Shown here one piece after another: positions 45,349-56,425 of a stretch of 64,000 nt of DNA. The DNA lies in assembly GCA_963747235.1 (NCBI GenBank), contig CAVVEU010000024.1, positions 32,001 to 96,000 on the forward strand, in the 5' to 3' direction. The number at the start of each line of letters is the position of its first letter. Position 1 is the first letter of the stretch. Below the pieces are notes generated by a model, which saw nothing but the letters and a program-made list of their open reading frames with translations, was not told the origin of the DNA and made no database searches. Source of the DNA: an uncultured Candidatus Rokubacteria bacterium (lineage in GTDB: Bacteria > Methylomirabilota > Methylomirabilia > Rokubacteriales > CSP1-6). A program made the translations under genes and the position numbers.

Positions 45349-45827
45349 ATGGTCGAAAGCACCGGAACCTTGACGCTGACCACGCCCACCGACCGCGAGA
45401 TCGTGCTGACGCGCGTGTTCGACGCCCCGCGCAGCCGCGTGTTCGACGCCCTGACCCGGCCCGACCTGCTCGAGCGCTGGCACGGACCGCGCGGCTGGTC
45501 GGTGGTGGTCTGCGAGGTGGACCTGAAGCCGCGCGGCGCCTATCGGCTCGTGCGACGCCGCAGCGCGAACGGCGCCGCCTGGGGATGGGCGGCGTCTACC
45601 GCGAGGTCGTGCCGCCCGAGCGGCTGGTGCACACCGAGCAGTTCGACCGGCCGTGGTACCCGGGCGAGGCGGTGATCACGACGGTCCTGGACGAGCGGGA
45701 TGGCCGGACCACGCTCACGGCCACGCATCGCTACCAGTCGCGGGCGGCCCGCGACCTGGTCCTCGGCTCGCCCATGGAGGACCGCATCGCGGAGAGCTAC
45801 GACAAGCTGGCGGAGCTGCTGAGATGA
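45349..45827 (+). CDS. SRPBCC/AHSA1 domain protein; frameshift near 45578
   Basis: TDREIVLTRVFDAPR, VYREVVPPERLVHTE and SYDKLAELL; strong RBS AAGGAGGAG. Confidence 0.85.
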
Positions 45828-46112
45828 CGACCGCGATGGCGCCGCCCCGGAACGTGGCGCGGAGCATCGGATCGTCTACGCGATCCTCGGGAGCTACATC
45901 GCCGCGCGGCTTGCGCCGCGCAACCCGATGCGGCCGCGATGATCCTGGGCGCCATCGGGGTCCCGTTGAGCGCCATCGGGGCGATCGTGGCGATCACCAT
46001 GATGGACGTGGGCCCGGCCTGGTACCCGATCGCGCTCGGCTACGCCTTGCCCTGCGCCTGGCTCGGCGGCGCGCTCCACCGCGCCGGGCCGCTCACTTCG
46101 GCACGTACTTGA
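45824..46112 (+). CDS. Small hydrophobic membrane protein; frameshifted and possibly internally deleted
   Basis: Fragments ILGSYIAARLAPR, MILGAIG and GPAWYPIAL...PCAWLGG; ATGA overlap with the SRPBCC gene. Confidence 0.4.
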
Positions 46113-46640
46113 ACTGCTGGCCGCCGATCGTCGCTTCCGCCATCGCGCCCGTGATCGGCCTGACGACGACGGCGATCCCGTCGATGAACGTGGCGTTCAC
46201 GGCCGCGGCGTTCTGCAGGATCATCGCCGCGACGCCGGCCGTGAAATCGACCGGGCTCAGCTTGAAGCGGTCCAGGGCGGCCTTGTTCTCGAACACGATC
46301 AGCTCGCTGAAGGTCTGACCCCCGATCTGTGGGCCGACCGACCCCAGGGTCAGGTCGGCATAGCCGACGTGCTGCCCCTGCTCGTACACGACGCCCTGGC
46401 CGTAGCCGCCGCCTACGCCCAGCCCGGCCTTCACGACCTCCGGGAACAGGGCGTAGCCGTAGCCCTTGCGCACCAGGCGCTTCCACTCCGGGATCCATGC
46501 GGTTCATGTCCTGCATCGCGAGCGTCGCGTGCTCGAGCAGCGCGGCTGCGGCTCTCCGGGGTCGGTGGCGCGGTGGTGCAGCCGACCAGCAATCCGGTGG
46601 CAACGGCGAGGACCATGACGGCCCGGGTGATGGAATTCAT
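46093..46640 (-). CDS. YSC84/SYLF-related lipoprotein; frameshifted
   Basis: Lipobox LLVGC; GYALFP, KAGLGVGGGYGQG and EATIGGQQF motifs. Confidence 0.8.
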
Positions 46641-46643
46641 GGG

Positions 46644-47282
46644 TCATTCTCCTCCTGGAGGCGTGATGCGGGACAGGACGATCTCCACGGCCCGGGTCAT
46701 CATCGCCACGTCCATGCTCGGCTCCTCGAGATTGTGCGCGGCCACCATCGAGGGCAGGAACGGCAGGTGGATGAAGCCGGTCGGGATCGCGAGTGCCCGT
46801 TCGTCGAGGGCATGGAGCGTGGTGTAGGAGATGTCGTTGCAGAGGTAGGTGCCGGCGGTGTTGGAGATCATCGCCGGAATGCCCTCCTCGGTCAGCGCGG
46901 CCAGCATGTCCCGCAGGGGCAGCGTGCTGAAGTAGCCCGGCGGCCCGCCCTCCACGCACGCCACGTCGCGCAGCACCTGCCCGTGCGCGTCCGGCCGCGA
47001 GTAGTCCATCACGTTGACCGCCACGCGCTCGAGCGAGATGCGCGCGCGCCCGCCCGCGAGGCCGAGATGCACCACCGCGACCAGCCCCGGCGCCTCCAGC
47101 AGCGGGGCCACCACCGCGCGCGCCGCCTCGTGCTGCACCGGCAGGATCACGCTGCGCACCACGCAGTCGCCGATCACGCGGCCGTCGAGCTGCTTCGCCA
47201 CCTCGCCCGAGGGGTTGACGGTGTCGCCGTCGAAGGGCTCGAAGCCGGTGAGCAGGATGTGGCGTGGCGGGCCGGGGGTCAC
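46644..47282 (-). CDS. pcp: Pyroglutamyl-peptidase I
   Basis: LLTGFEPF...NPS, ERVAVN, SNTAGTYLCN and GFIHLP motifs. Confidence 0.93.
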   Translation of the reverse strand: MTPGPPRHILLTGFEPFDGDTVNPSGEVAKQLDGRVIGDCVVRSVILPVQHEAARAVVAPLLEAPGLVAVVHLGLAGGRARISLERVAVNVMDYSRPDAHGQVLRDVACVEGGPPGYFSTLPLRDMLAALTEEGIPAMISNTAGTYLCNDISYTTLHALDERALAIPTGFIHLPFLPSMVAAHNLEEPSMDVAMMTRAVEIVLSRITPPGGE

Positions 47283-47803
47283 GCGGGCTGCACTCCCTTG
47301 CGGTGGCGCTGGGCCAGGGCCTGGTAGCCGGCCGGGTTCATCTGCACCCAGCGCTCGGCGGCGGTGCCCGCGAGCGGGCCCTTCACCTTGCAGGGGGCGC
47401 CCATGGCCAGCATGCCGTCGGGGATCTCGGTGCCCGGCGTCACCAGGGAGCCGGCGGCCACCATGGCGCGCACGCCGATCTTGACGCCGTCGAGCAGCGT
47501 GGAGGAATTACCGACCAGGGCTTCCTCGCCGACGGTGGCGGCGTGGACCAGGCAGAGATGCCCGACGGTGGCGCCGGGGCCGATGTCGACGCCGCCGGCC
47601 GGGGTGACGTGGATCACCGCGCAGTCCTGCACGTTGGCGCCCTTGCGGATCACGATCGGGTTGAAGTCGGCGCGGAGGACGGTGTTGTACCAGACCGAGG
47701 CGTTCTCCTCCACGGTGACGTCGCCGATCAGGTTGGCGGTGGGGGCGATGAAGGCGCTCGGGTGCACGCGCGGGGACTTGCCTTCGAACGAGAAGAGCGG
47801 CAT
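47279..47803 (-). CDS. Gamma carbonic anhydrase family protein (YrdA/PaaY/CaiE-like)
   Basis: AFIAPTANLIGDV, LRAD, NVQD..VIH, TVGH..LVH and hexapeptide repeats. Confidence 0.9.
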   Translation of the reverse strand: MPLFSFEGKSPRVHPSAFIAPTANLIGDVTVEENASVWYNTVLRADFNPIVIRKGANVQDCAVIHVTPAGGVDIGPGATVGHLCLVHAATVGEEALVGNSSTLLDGVKIGVRAMVAAGSLVTPGTEIPDGMLAMGAPCKVKGPLAGTAAERWVQMNPAGYQALAQRHRKGVQPA

Positions 47804-47896
47804 CCGCGGCTCCTTGATGACGAGGGGATAGCAGCGCGCACGATATTGCGCTCGTCGCCTGGACAAGGCAAGGGGGCGGGGTGTAGCCTCCGATTC

Positions 47897-48922
47897 ATGG
47901 CCGCGCCGAAGATCGCTGCCGTCGCGACCGCGACTCCCCCCTGGCGCTACGATCAGGCCACCGTCCTCCGCATGTCGGGCTACGACGATCCGCGTCGCAT
48001 GGGCTTCTTCAACAACAGCCTGATCGAGACCCGCCACCTCTACTTCGACCCGGAGACGTTCACGCCCGACGAGAGCGTGGACCAGCTCAACGAGCGCTGG
48101 CGTCGCGGGGCGGTGGAGGTGGGCAAGGCGGCGGTGGCGCGCGCGATCGAGCAGGCGGGCTGGCGAAGCTCAGACGTGGACTTCCTCGCCACCACCACCT
48201 GCACCGGGCGCGTGTGCCCGAGCCTCGACGCGCAGATCATCAACGAGCTGGGGCTCAAGTCCACCATCCAGCGCGTGCACGTGGGCGATACCGGCTGCGC
48301 CAGCGCGATGGTGGCGATGCAGCAGGTGTCCAATCACCTGCGCGCGTTCCCGGCGCATCGCGCGGTGATGGTGGCGGTGGAGATCTGCTCGGCGGCCTAC
48401 TTCCTGGACGACCGGCTCGAGAGCGCGGTGGCGCACGCCATCTTCGCCGACGGGGCCGGGGCGATCGCGTTGAGCACCGAGGCGGCGGGGCCGGAGATCG
48501 TCGAGCACCGGACGATGTTCCGCTCCGAGCACCTGGGCGCGATGGGCTTCGAGTATCCGGGCGGGCGGCCGCGGGTCGTGCTCTCCAAGGACGTGCGGCG
48601 CATCGGCGCGGGCATGATGAAGGAGATGGCCGACGCGCTGCTGGCCACGCACGGGCTCAAGCAGGAAGACATCGCGCACTTCGTGCTGCACTCGGCGGGG
48701 CGGCGCGTGATCGAGCAGGTGGGCAAGCTGATGGAGCTGGACGAGAGCCGGCTCGTGCATTCGCGCAACGTCCTGCAGCAGTACGGGAACATGTCCTCCG
48801 CCACCGTGGTCTTCGTGCTCGACGACCTGCTGCGCTCGCGCGAGGCGGCGCCGGGGGACTGGGGCCTCATGATCGCGCTCGGGCCGGGCTTCGCGGCCGA
48901 GGGCGCGCTGCTGCGCTGGTAG
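47897..48922 (+). CDS. Type III polyketide synthase
   Basis: Cys-His-Asn triad: TGCASA, LHSAGRRV, YGNMSSA; also TTCTG, IFADGA and GPGF motifs. Confidence 0.92.
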   Translation: MAAPKIAAVATATPPWRYDQATVLRMSGYDDPRRMGFFNNSLIETRHLYFDPETFTPDESVDQLNERWRRGAVEVGKAAVARAIEQAGWRSSDVDFLATTTCTGRVCPSLDAQIINELGLKSTIQRVHVGDTGCASAMVAMQQVSNHLRAFPAHRAVMVAVEICSAAYFLDDRLESAVAHAIFADGAGAIALSTEAAGPEIVEHRTMFRSEHLGAMGFEYPGGRPRVVLSKDVRRIGAGMMKEMADALLATHGLKQEDIAHFVLHSAGRRVIEQVGKLMELDESRLVHSRNVLQQYGNMSSATVVFVLDDLLRSREAAPGDWGLMIALGPGFAAEGALLRW

Positions 48923-48923
48923 C

Positions 48924-49646
48924 ATGCCCTTCTTTCCGCCGCTGGCCCGCGCCGCGGGCGTGCTCGAGATCATCGACGGGCCGCCCGTCCCCTTCAAGGA
49001 CATGGCGTGCTGCATGACCGACATCTCGCGGGTCAACGCGCTGTTCGGCGGCCGCATGGTCACGATGGTCCACGTCAAGCGGTTGCTGGCGACGCTGCCC
49101 GCCGATCGGCTCGTCACCGTGCTCGACGTGGGCACCGGGGCGGGGGACATCCCGCGCGAGCTGGTGCGCTGGGCGCGGCGGCAGGGCCGGCGCATTCGCG
49201 TCTTCGCGCTGGATCGCGACGCGGCCACGCTCCAGATCGCGGCGACGCTGGTCCGCGACTATCCGGAGATCCGCTTCCTGCGCGGCGATGCGCTCGCGCT
49301 GCCGATCCGCGCGGGCGGGGTGGATCTCACGATCTCCGCGATGACGCTCCACCACCTGGAGCCGGACGCGGGCGTGCAGTACCTGGCCGAGATGGATCGG
49401 GCGGCGCGCGTGGGCTTCGTGGTCAACGACCTGGTGCGGAGCCGTGTCGCGCACTGGGTGGTGTGGCTGATCACGCGGTTCATCACCCGCGGCGCGATCT
49501 CGCGCCACGACGGGCCGCTGTCCGTGCGGCGGTCGTACACGCCGGGCGAGGTGAGCGGGCTCTGCGCGCAGGCCGGGCTCGAGGACGTGGACGTCGTGCA
49601 CCACTGGCCGTACTTCCGCTTCTGCGCGGTCCGCGCCAAGCAATGA
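48924..49646 (+). CDS. SAM-dependent methyltransferase
   Basis: VLDVGTGAGD, LHHL, VVNDL.RS and HDGPLSVRRSYT motifs. Confidence 0.88.
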   Translation: MPFFPPLARAAGVLEIIDGPPVPFKDMACCMTDISRVNALFGGRMVTMVHVKRLLATLPADRLVTVLDVGTGAGDIPRELVRWARRQGRRIRVFALDRDAATLQIAATLVRDYPEIRFLRGDALALPIRAGGVDLTISAMTLHHLEPDAGVQYLAEMDRAARVGFVVNDLVRSRVAHWVVWLITRFITRGAISRHDGPLSVRRSYTPGEVSGLCAQAGLEDVDVVHHWPYFRFCAVRAKQ

Positions 49647-49656
49647 CCGCCAGGCC

Positions 49657-50859
49657 ATGATCGACGTCGTGGTCGTCGGCGGCGGGCCCGCGGGGAGCGC
49701 GGCCGCCATCCTGCTGGCCGAGCGCGGCTGGTCCGTCACCCTGCTCGACAAGGCCGCGTTCCCGCGCCCGAAGATCTGCGGCGAGTACCTCTCGCCCGAA
49801 GCGGCGCGCGTGCTCGATCGCCTGGGCGTGCTGAAGGCGGTGGACGCGGCGGGGGCGCAGCCGTTGAGCGGCATGCGCATCGTCGCGCCGGACGGCACCG
49901 TGCTCGACGGCGCGTATCCGACCAGCGGGCCGTGGCGCGGGTATCGCGATCACGCGCTGGCGATCCGGCGCGAGGTCTTCGATCGCATCTTGCTGGAGCG
50001 CGCGCGGGCCCTGCCGGTGGACGTGCGCGAGCGGCATCGCGTGACCGGGCTGATCGTGGAAGGTGGCGTCGTGCGGGGGGTGAAGGCGGAGGACGCCGAG
50101 GGCGCGTCGCTGGAGCTACGGAGCCGCCTGGTGGTGGGCGCCGACGGGCGCGCGTCGGTGGTGGCGCACGCGCTCGGGTTGGTGCGGCCGCATCGGCTGC
50201 GGCGGCTGGCGCTGATCCAGCACGTGAGCGGCATCGAGGGGCTGGGCGATCGCGGCGAGATCTACGTGGATCCGCCGGACTACTGCATCCTGAACCCGGT
50301 GGCGCCGGGCATCGTCAACGTGGGCCTGGTGGTGCCGCTGGCGCACGCGAAGCCGTACAGCTCGCGGCTCGAGACCTTCATGGAGGCGCGGCTGCGGCAG
50401 CTTCGCCACGTGCCGGCGCGCCTGGCCGGCATGAAGGCCGAGGGGCCCGTGATGGCGATGGGGCCGCTGGCGTATCGCGTGGGGGAGCCGCGCGTGGGTG
50501 GCGTGCTGCTCGCGGGAGACGCGGCGGGCTTCTACGACCCGTTCACCGGCGAGGGGCTCTACACCGCGCTGCGCTCCGCGGAGCTGCTCGCGGAGGTGGC
50601 GCACCCCGCGCTGACCACCGGCGATGTGTCGGCGGCCGCGCTCGCGCCCTACGCGCAGGCCCGGCACGCCGCGTTCGCGGACAAGGCGCGCGTCACGCAG
50701 GCGCTGCAGCTCATCATCGCGCACCGTCGCCTGGCCAATCTCGCCGCGCGTTTCCTCCAGCGCCGCCCGGCGCTGCTCAGCACGCTGATGGGCGTCATCG
50801 GCGACTTCATCCCGCCCCGCGCCCTCCGGGGTCAGGTCTTGAATTCCGACATTTCGTAG
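49657..50859 (+). CDS. FAD-dependent oxidoreductase (geranylgeranyl reductase/monooxygenase-like)
   Basis: GGGPAG, FPRPKICGE, GADG and GDAAGFYDPFTGEG motifs. Confidence 0.87.
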   Translation: MIDVVVVGGGPAGSAAAILLAERGWSVTLLDKAAFPRPKICGEYLSPEAARVLDRLGVLKAVDAAGAQPLSGMRIVAPDGTVLDGAYPTSGPWRGYRDHALAIRREVFDRILLERARALPVDVRERHRVTGLIVEGGVVRGVKAEDAEGASLELRSRLVVGADGRASVVAHALGLVRPHRLRRLALIQHVSGIEGLGDRGEIYVDPPDYCILNPVAPGIVNVGLVVPLAHAKPYSSRLETFMEARLRQLRHVPARLAGMKAEGPVMAMGPLAYRVGEPRVGGVLLAGDAAGFYDPFTGEGLYTALRSAELLAEVAHPALTTGDVSAAALAPYAQARHAAFADKARVTQALQLIIAHRRLANLAARFLQRRPALLSTLMGVIGDFIPPRALRGQVLNSDIS

Positions 50860-50914
50860 ATTGTCAGGTAGAGCGCTGCCCGATGAGAATGTCGTAATTC
50901 AAGACCTGACCCCG
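50827..50914. repeat. Inverted-repeat element, family B (REPIN/MITE-like), 27-bp arms with 34-bp spacer
   Basis: CGGGGTCAGGTCTTGAATTCCGACATT (50827-50853) versus AATGTCGTAATTCAAGACCTGACCCCG (50888-50914): 26 of 27 complementary. Confidence 0.85.
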
Positions 50915-50916
50915 AG

Positions 50917-52356
50917 CTAGCGGCCGCGAGCGCGGCGGCGCGGCGTCGGGGCGGGCGCGGGGCGTTCTTCGCTCGCGCCCGCCGCCGGCTGATCGGACTG
51001 CAGCAGCGGGATATTGGCCTCGCGGAGCGGGCGGCCGACGTGGTCGCGGATCCACTTGCCGTCCCACCACTCGACCGGCGTCACCGAGACGCCCTGGATG
51101 AGCACCTCGAAGTGCAGGTGATCGCCGAGCGCCAGGCCGGTGGCGCCGCTCTTGCCGAGCTCCTGGCCCTTCTTCACCTCGTCGCCTTCCTTCACCTCGA
51201 GGGTGGAGAGGTGGCCGTAGAGGGTCTGCAGCCCCCAGCCGTGATCCACCACCACCGTGTTGCCGTAGATGTTGAGCGGCGCCGCGTAGACGACCACGCC
51301 CGAATTGGCGGCGGGAATCGCGCTGTTCTTCAGCGACGCCAGGTCGTAGCCCAGGTGCACCTGGGTGTCCACGTCCTTGCCCTGGTAGCGGTAGGTGCGC
51401 GTCTCCGCGAAGTTGGAGAACACCTTCGTGTTGCGCGGCTGGATGAAGGCGCCCTCGAAGAGCGGCGACGGCTTGCTCTTCTGCGCGAGCTTCTTCTTCA
51501 TCTCCTCGGCTTCCTTCCGCTTGTCGCGGTTCACGATCAGGAAGGCGGAGAGGAGCTGGTCGGGCGCGATCTGCCCGCGCTCGGGCAGGAGCTCGGGCAT
51601 CTTGCTCGCGAGGAACTGCTCGCTCACCTCGATGGTGTCCATCGGGAACTTGCGCGGGCGGATGTCCACCGCGAGCGCGCGCGAGACCGCGTTGCCGGCT
51701 TCGTCCTGCGCGGTGGCGGTGACCGGCGCGTTCGGGACGAGGTTCCACGGCAGCGCGTAGAGCACCGCGTGCAGCCCGGTGTCCGGGGCGCCCGCCGGGA
51801 AGCCGGGGAAGAACAGGTCGCCCACGTTGACGCCGACGCGCGCCGCGCCCTTGGTGCGCACCGCCACCAGGGCGCCACCGCCGCGGGAGAGATAGCGCGT
51901 CGAGGCCAGGACCTCGAGCGTGGGTGGCGTGAAGTCGAGCATGATCGGCAGGTTCGCGATCATGCGGTCGTCCACGCGGATGGGCCGCCAGAAGCCGTCG
52001 CGCGCGCGCACTTCCAGGTTGGCCGCGCCCTCGCGCAGGCCGAGCGTGCCGCCCGCCACGATGAGCTGCACGCGCTGCTCGTTGCCGGCCGGGCCGCCCG
52101 AGAAGGTCTGCTGCGCGACGTTGACGCGCGTGCCGCCCTGGTTGAGCCGGATGTCCACCGACTCCACCCCGCCGCGCGTGGCGCGCAGGACGAGCGTGAT
52201 CGGGGTGCGCGCTCCGATGAACTGCGGCACCGGCTGGAACTCCACGCGCACCGCGGACACACTCTGCCGCCACGCCAGATACCCGATCGCCCCCAGCACG
52301 AGGACGATGGGCACCACGAAGATGACGAGCCACACGCGCGCGCTCGAACGAGCCAC
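50917..52356 (-). CDS. M23 family metallopeptidase with N-terminal membrane anchor
   Basis: HLGYD, YGNTVVVDHG, LYGHLS and GDHLHF motifs. Confidence 0.9.
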   Translation of the reverse strand: MARSSARVWLVIFVVPIVLVLGAIGYLAWRQSVSAVRVEFQPVPQFIGARTPITLVLRATRGGVESVDIRLNQGGTRVNVAQQTFSGGPAGNEQRVQLIVAGGTLGLREGAANLEVRARDGFWRPIRVDDRMIANLPIMLDFTPPTLEVLASTRYLSRGGGALVAVRTKGAARVGVNVGDLFFPGFPAGAPDTGLHAVLYALPWNLVPNAPVTATAQDEAGNAVSRALAVDIRPRKFPMDTIEVSEQFLASKMPELLPERGQIAPDQLLSAFLIVNRDKRKEAEEMKKKLAQKSKPSPLFEGAFIQPRNTKVFSNFAETRTYRYQGKDVDTQVHLGYDLASLKNSAIPAANSGVVVYAAPLNIYGNTVVVDHGWGLQTLYGHLSTLEVKEGDEVKKGQELGKSGATGLALGDHLHFEVLIQGVSVTPVEWWDGKWIRDHVGRPLREANIPLLQSDQPAAGASEERPAPAPTPRRRARGR

Positions 52357-52485
52357 GCAAGCCATGATAGCAGCCGGTAGGCGGCTCGCGGCCGAACGGT
52401 CGACGCGGCAGAACCGTCGGGGCCGAAGCTTTGCGAGGTGAGCCGAAGGCGAGCCGAGCGCATTCAAAAAGAGAAGCCCCCGTTT

Positions 52486-52966
52486 ATGCTAGACAGGGAC
52501 CCGTGTCCACCCACCGCCCGAGACTGGGGAAAAATCTTCCGCGTCAACCGCCACGGCAGGCTTCGTCGCCAGCGCCGCGCTCCACCTCGCCACGTTCACC
52601 CCGTTCCCGCCCGCCTACGCCGCCGCGGTCGCCCTGGTGCTGTTCGCGGGCGCCTTCGCGCTGCTGGCCGCCCTGATCGTGCGCCTCCGCGAGGCCGGCG
52701 CCCCCGCGCGCGGGCGGGGCGCGATCCGGATGGTGGAGTGGCGCGGGCTGGCGGCCCTCATCCCGATGGGGGCGCGGCGGGTCGGCGTGGCGGTGGTCGC
52801 GTACGTCCTGATGAACCTGGCGCTGTCGCTCTTTCTGATCGACGACGGCGTCGGGAGCGTGCGGCTGCTCTCCGGCCACCTGCTGCTCTTCTACCTGATT
52901 CCGCTGATGTATTTCCGCTTCGTGGAGCCGCGGCTGCGCGACGGCGGCGAGCCGCCGCGTCCTTGA
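52486..52966 (+). CDS. Hypothetical membrane protein; probably frameshifted, start uncertain
   Basis: ORF 52637..52966 has three hydrophobic segments; lies immediately upstream of nuoL. Confidence 0.45.
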
Positions 52967-53020
52967 CACCCTGATCCCTTTCCCTTAGAGTGATGCGGGT
53001 TTGCACCCGAAACCACACTC

Positions 53021-54902
<1,882 letters not shown>

Positions 54903-54907
54903 CCCGC

Positions 54908-56425
54908 ATGGCCTACCTGCTCTCGCTCGTCACCTTCCTGCCGGTGCTGGGCGCCGTGCTCGTCCTGCTGCTGCCGCGCCGCCAGGAGCACGTGACCAAG
55001 CTGGTGACGCTGGGCGCCACCCTCGTCACCTTCGTGATCTCGCTCCCGCTCTACTTCCGCTTCGACCCGACCTCCGCGGACTACCAGTTCGTGGAGCAGA
55101 AGGCGTGGATCCCGTCGCTGGGGGTGAGCTATCACCTGGGCGTGGACGGCATCAGCGTGCTGCTCGTGCTGCTGACCACCTTCCTGATGCCGCTGGTGAT
55201 CCTGTCCTCGTGGACGTCGGTGGAGTCGCGGTGGAAGGAGTTCGCGGTCACCATGCTGCTGCTGGAAGCGGGGATGATCGGGGTCTTCGTGGCTCTCGAC
55301 CTCTTCCTCTTCTACGTCTTCTGGGAGGCGATGCTGATCCCGATGTACCTCATCATCGGGATCTGGGGCGGCCACAACCGGATCTACGCGGCGGTCAAGT
55401 TCATCCTCTATACGCTGGCCGGCTCGCTCCTGATGCTGGTCGCCATCCTGGCGCTCTACTTCCAGCACGGCGCGGCCACCAACGTCTACACCTTCGACCT
55501 GCCGGTGCTCGCGCGCTACGTGCTGCCGGGCGGGCGGGCGCAGGACCTGATGTTCTTCGCCTTCGCGCTCGCCTTCGCGATCAAGGTGCCGATGTTCCCG
55601 TTCCACACGTGGCTGCCCGACGCCCACGTGGAGGCGCCCACCGCGGGCAGCGTGATCCTGGCCGGCGTGCTCCTGAAGATGGGCACCTACGGCTTCCTGC
55701 GCTTCTGCCTGCCGCTGTTCCCGGACGCGAGCCTGCACTACGCGCCGTGGATGTTCACGCTCTCCGTCATCGGCATCATCTACGGGGCGTGGGTCTCCAC
55801 CGTGCAGCCCGACATCAAGAAGCTGGTGGCCTATTCCAGCGTGAGCCACCTGGGCTTCGTGGTGCTCGGGCTCTTCACGCTCACCGCGCAGGGGATGGTG
55901 GGCGGCCTCATCCAGATGGTGAGCCACGGGCTCAGCACCGGCGCGCTCTTCCTCATGGTCGGGATGATCTACGAGCGGCGGCACACCCGGCTGATCGCCG
56001 ACTTCGGCGGGCTGTGGAAGGTGATCCCCGCCTTCAGCGTCATCTTCCTGGTGGTGTGCCTTTCCTCGGTGGGGCTGCCCGGGCTCAACGGCTTCGTGGG
56101 CGAGTTCCTCATCCTGGTGGGCGCCTTCCAGGTGAACCGGCTCGCCGCGGTGCTGGCGACCTCCGGCATCATCTTCGCCGCGGTCTACCTGCTGTGGATG
56201 TACCAGCGCGTGTGCTTCGGCGAGGTCACCCACGAGGCGAATCGCCGGCTGACCGATCTGAACCTGCGGGAGTGGGCGGTGCTGCTGCCCGTGCTCCTGT
56301 TCATCTTCTGGATCGGGGTCTACCCGACCACCTTCACCGCGATGACCGAGCCGAGCGTGCAGGCCCTGATCGCCCAGGTGCAGAGCAAGGCGCAGGCGAC
56401 CGCCTCCGCGATGGTGACGCGGTGA
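54908..56425 (+). CDS. nuoM: NADH-quinone oxidoreductase subunit M
   Basis: GVDGIS, FYVFWE, IKVPMFPFHTWLPDAHVEAPTAGS, YSSVSHLG and GFVGEF motifs. Confidence 0.95.
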   Translation: MAYLLSLVTFLPVLGAVLVLLLPRRQEHVTKLVTLGATLVTFVISLPLYFRFDPTSADYQFVEQKAWIPSLGVSYHLGVDGISVLLVLLTTFLMPLVILSSWTSVESRWKEFAVTMLLLEAGMIGVFVALDLFLFYVFWEAMLIPMYLIIGIWGGHNRIYAAVKFILYTLAGSLLMLVAILALYFQHGAATNVYTFDLPVLARYVLPGGRAQDLMFFAFALAFAIKVPMFPFHTWLPDAHVEAPTAGSVILAGVLLKMGTYGFLRFCLPLFPDASLHYAPWMFTLSVIGIIYGAWVSTVQPDIKKLVAYSSVSHLGFVVLGLFTLTAQGMVGGLIQMVSHGLSTGALFLMVGMIYERRHTRLIADFGGLWKVIPAFSVIFLVVCLSSVGLPGLNGFVGEFLILVGAFQVNRLAAVLATSGIIFAAVYLLWMYQRVCFGEVTHEANRRLTDLNLREWAVLLPVLLFIFWIGVYPTTFTAMTEPSVQALIAQVQSKAQATASAMVTR

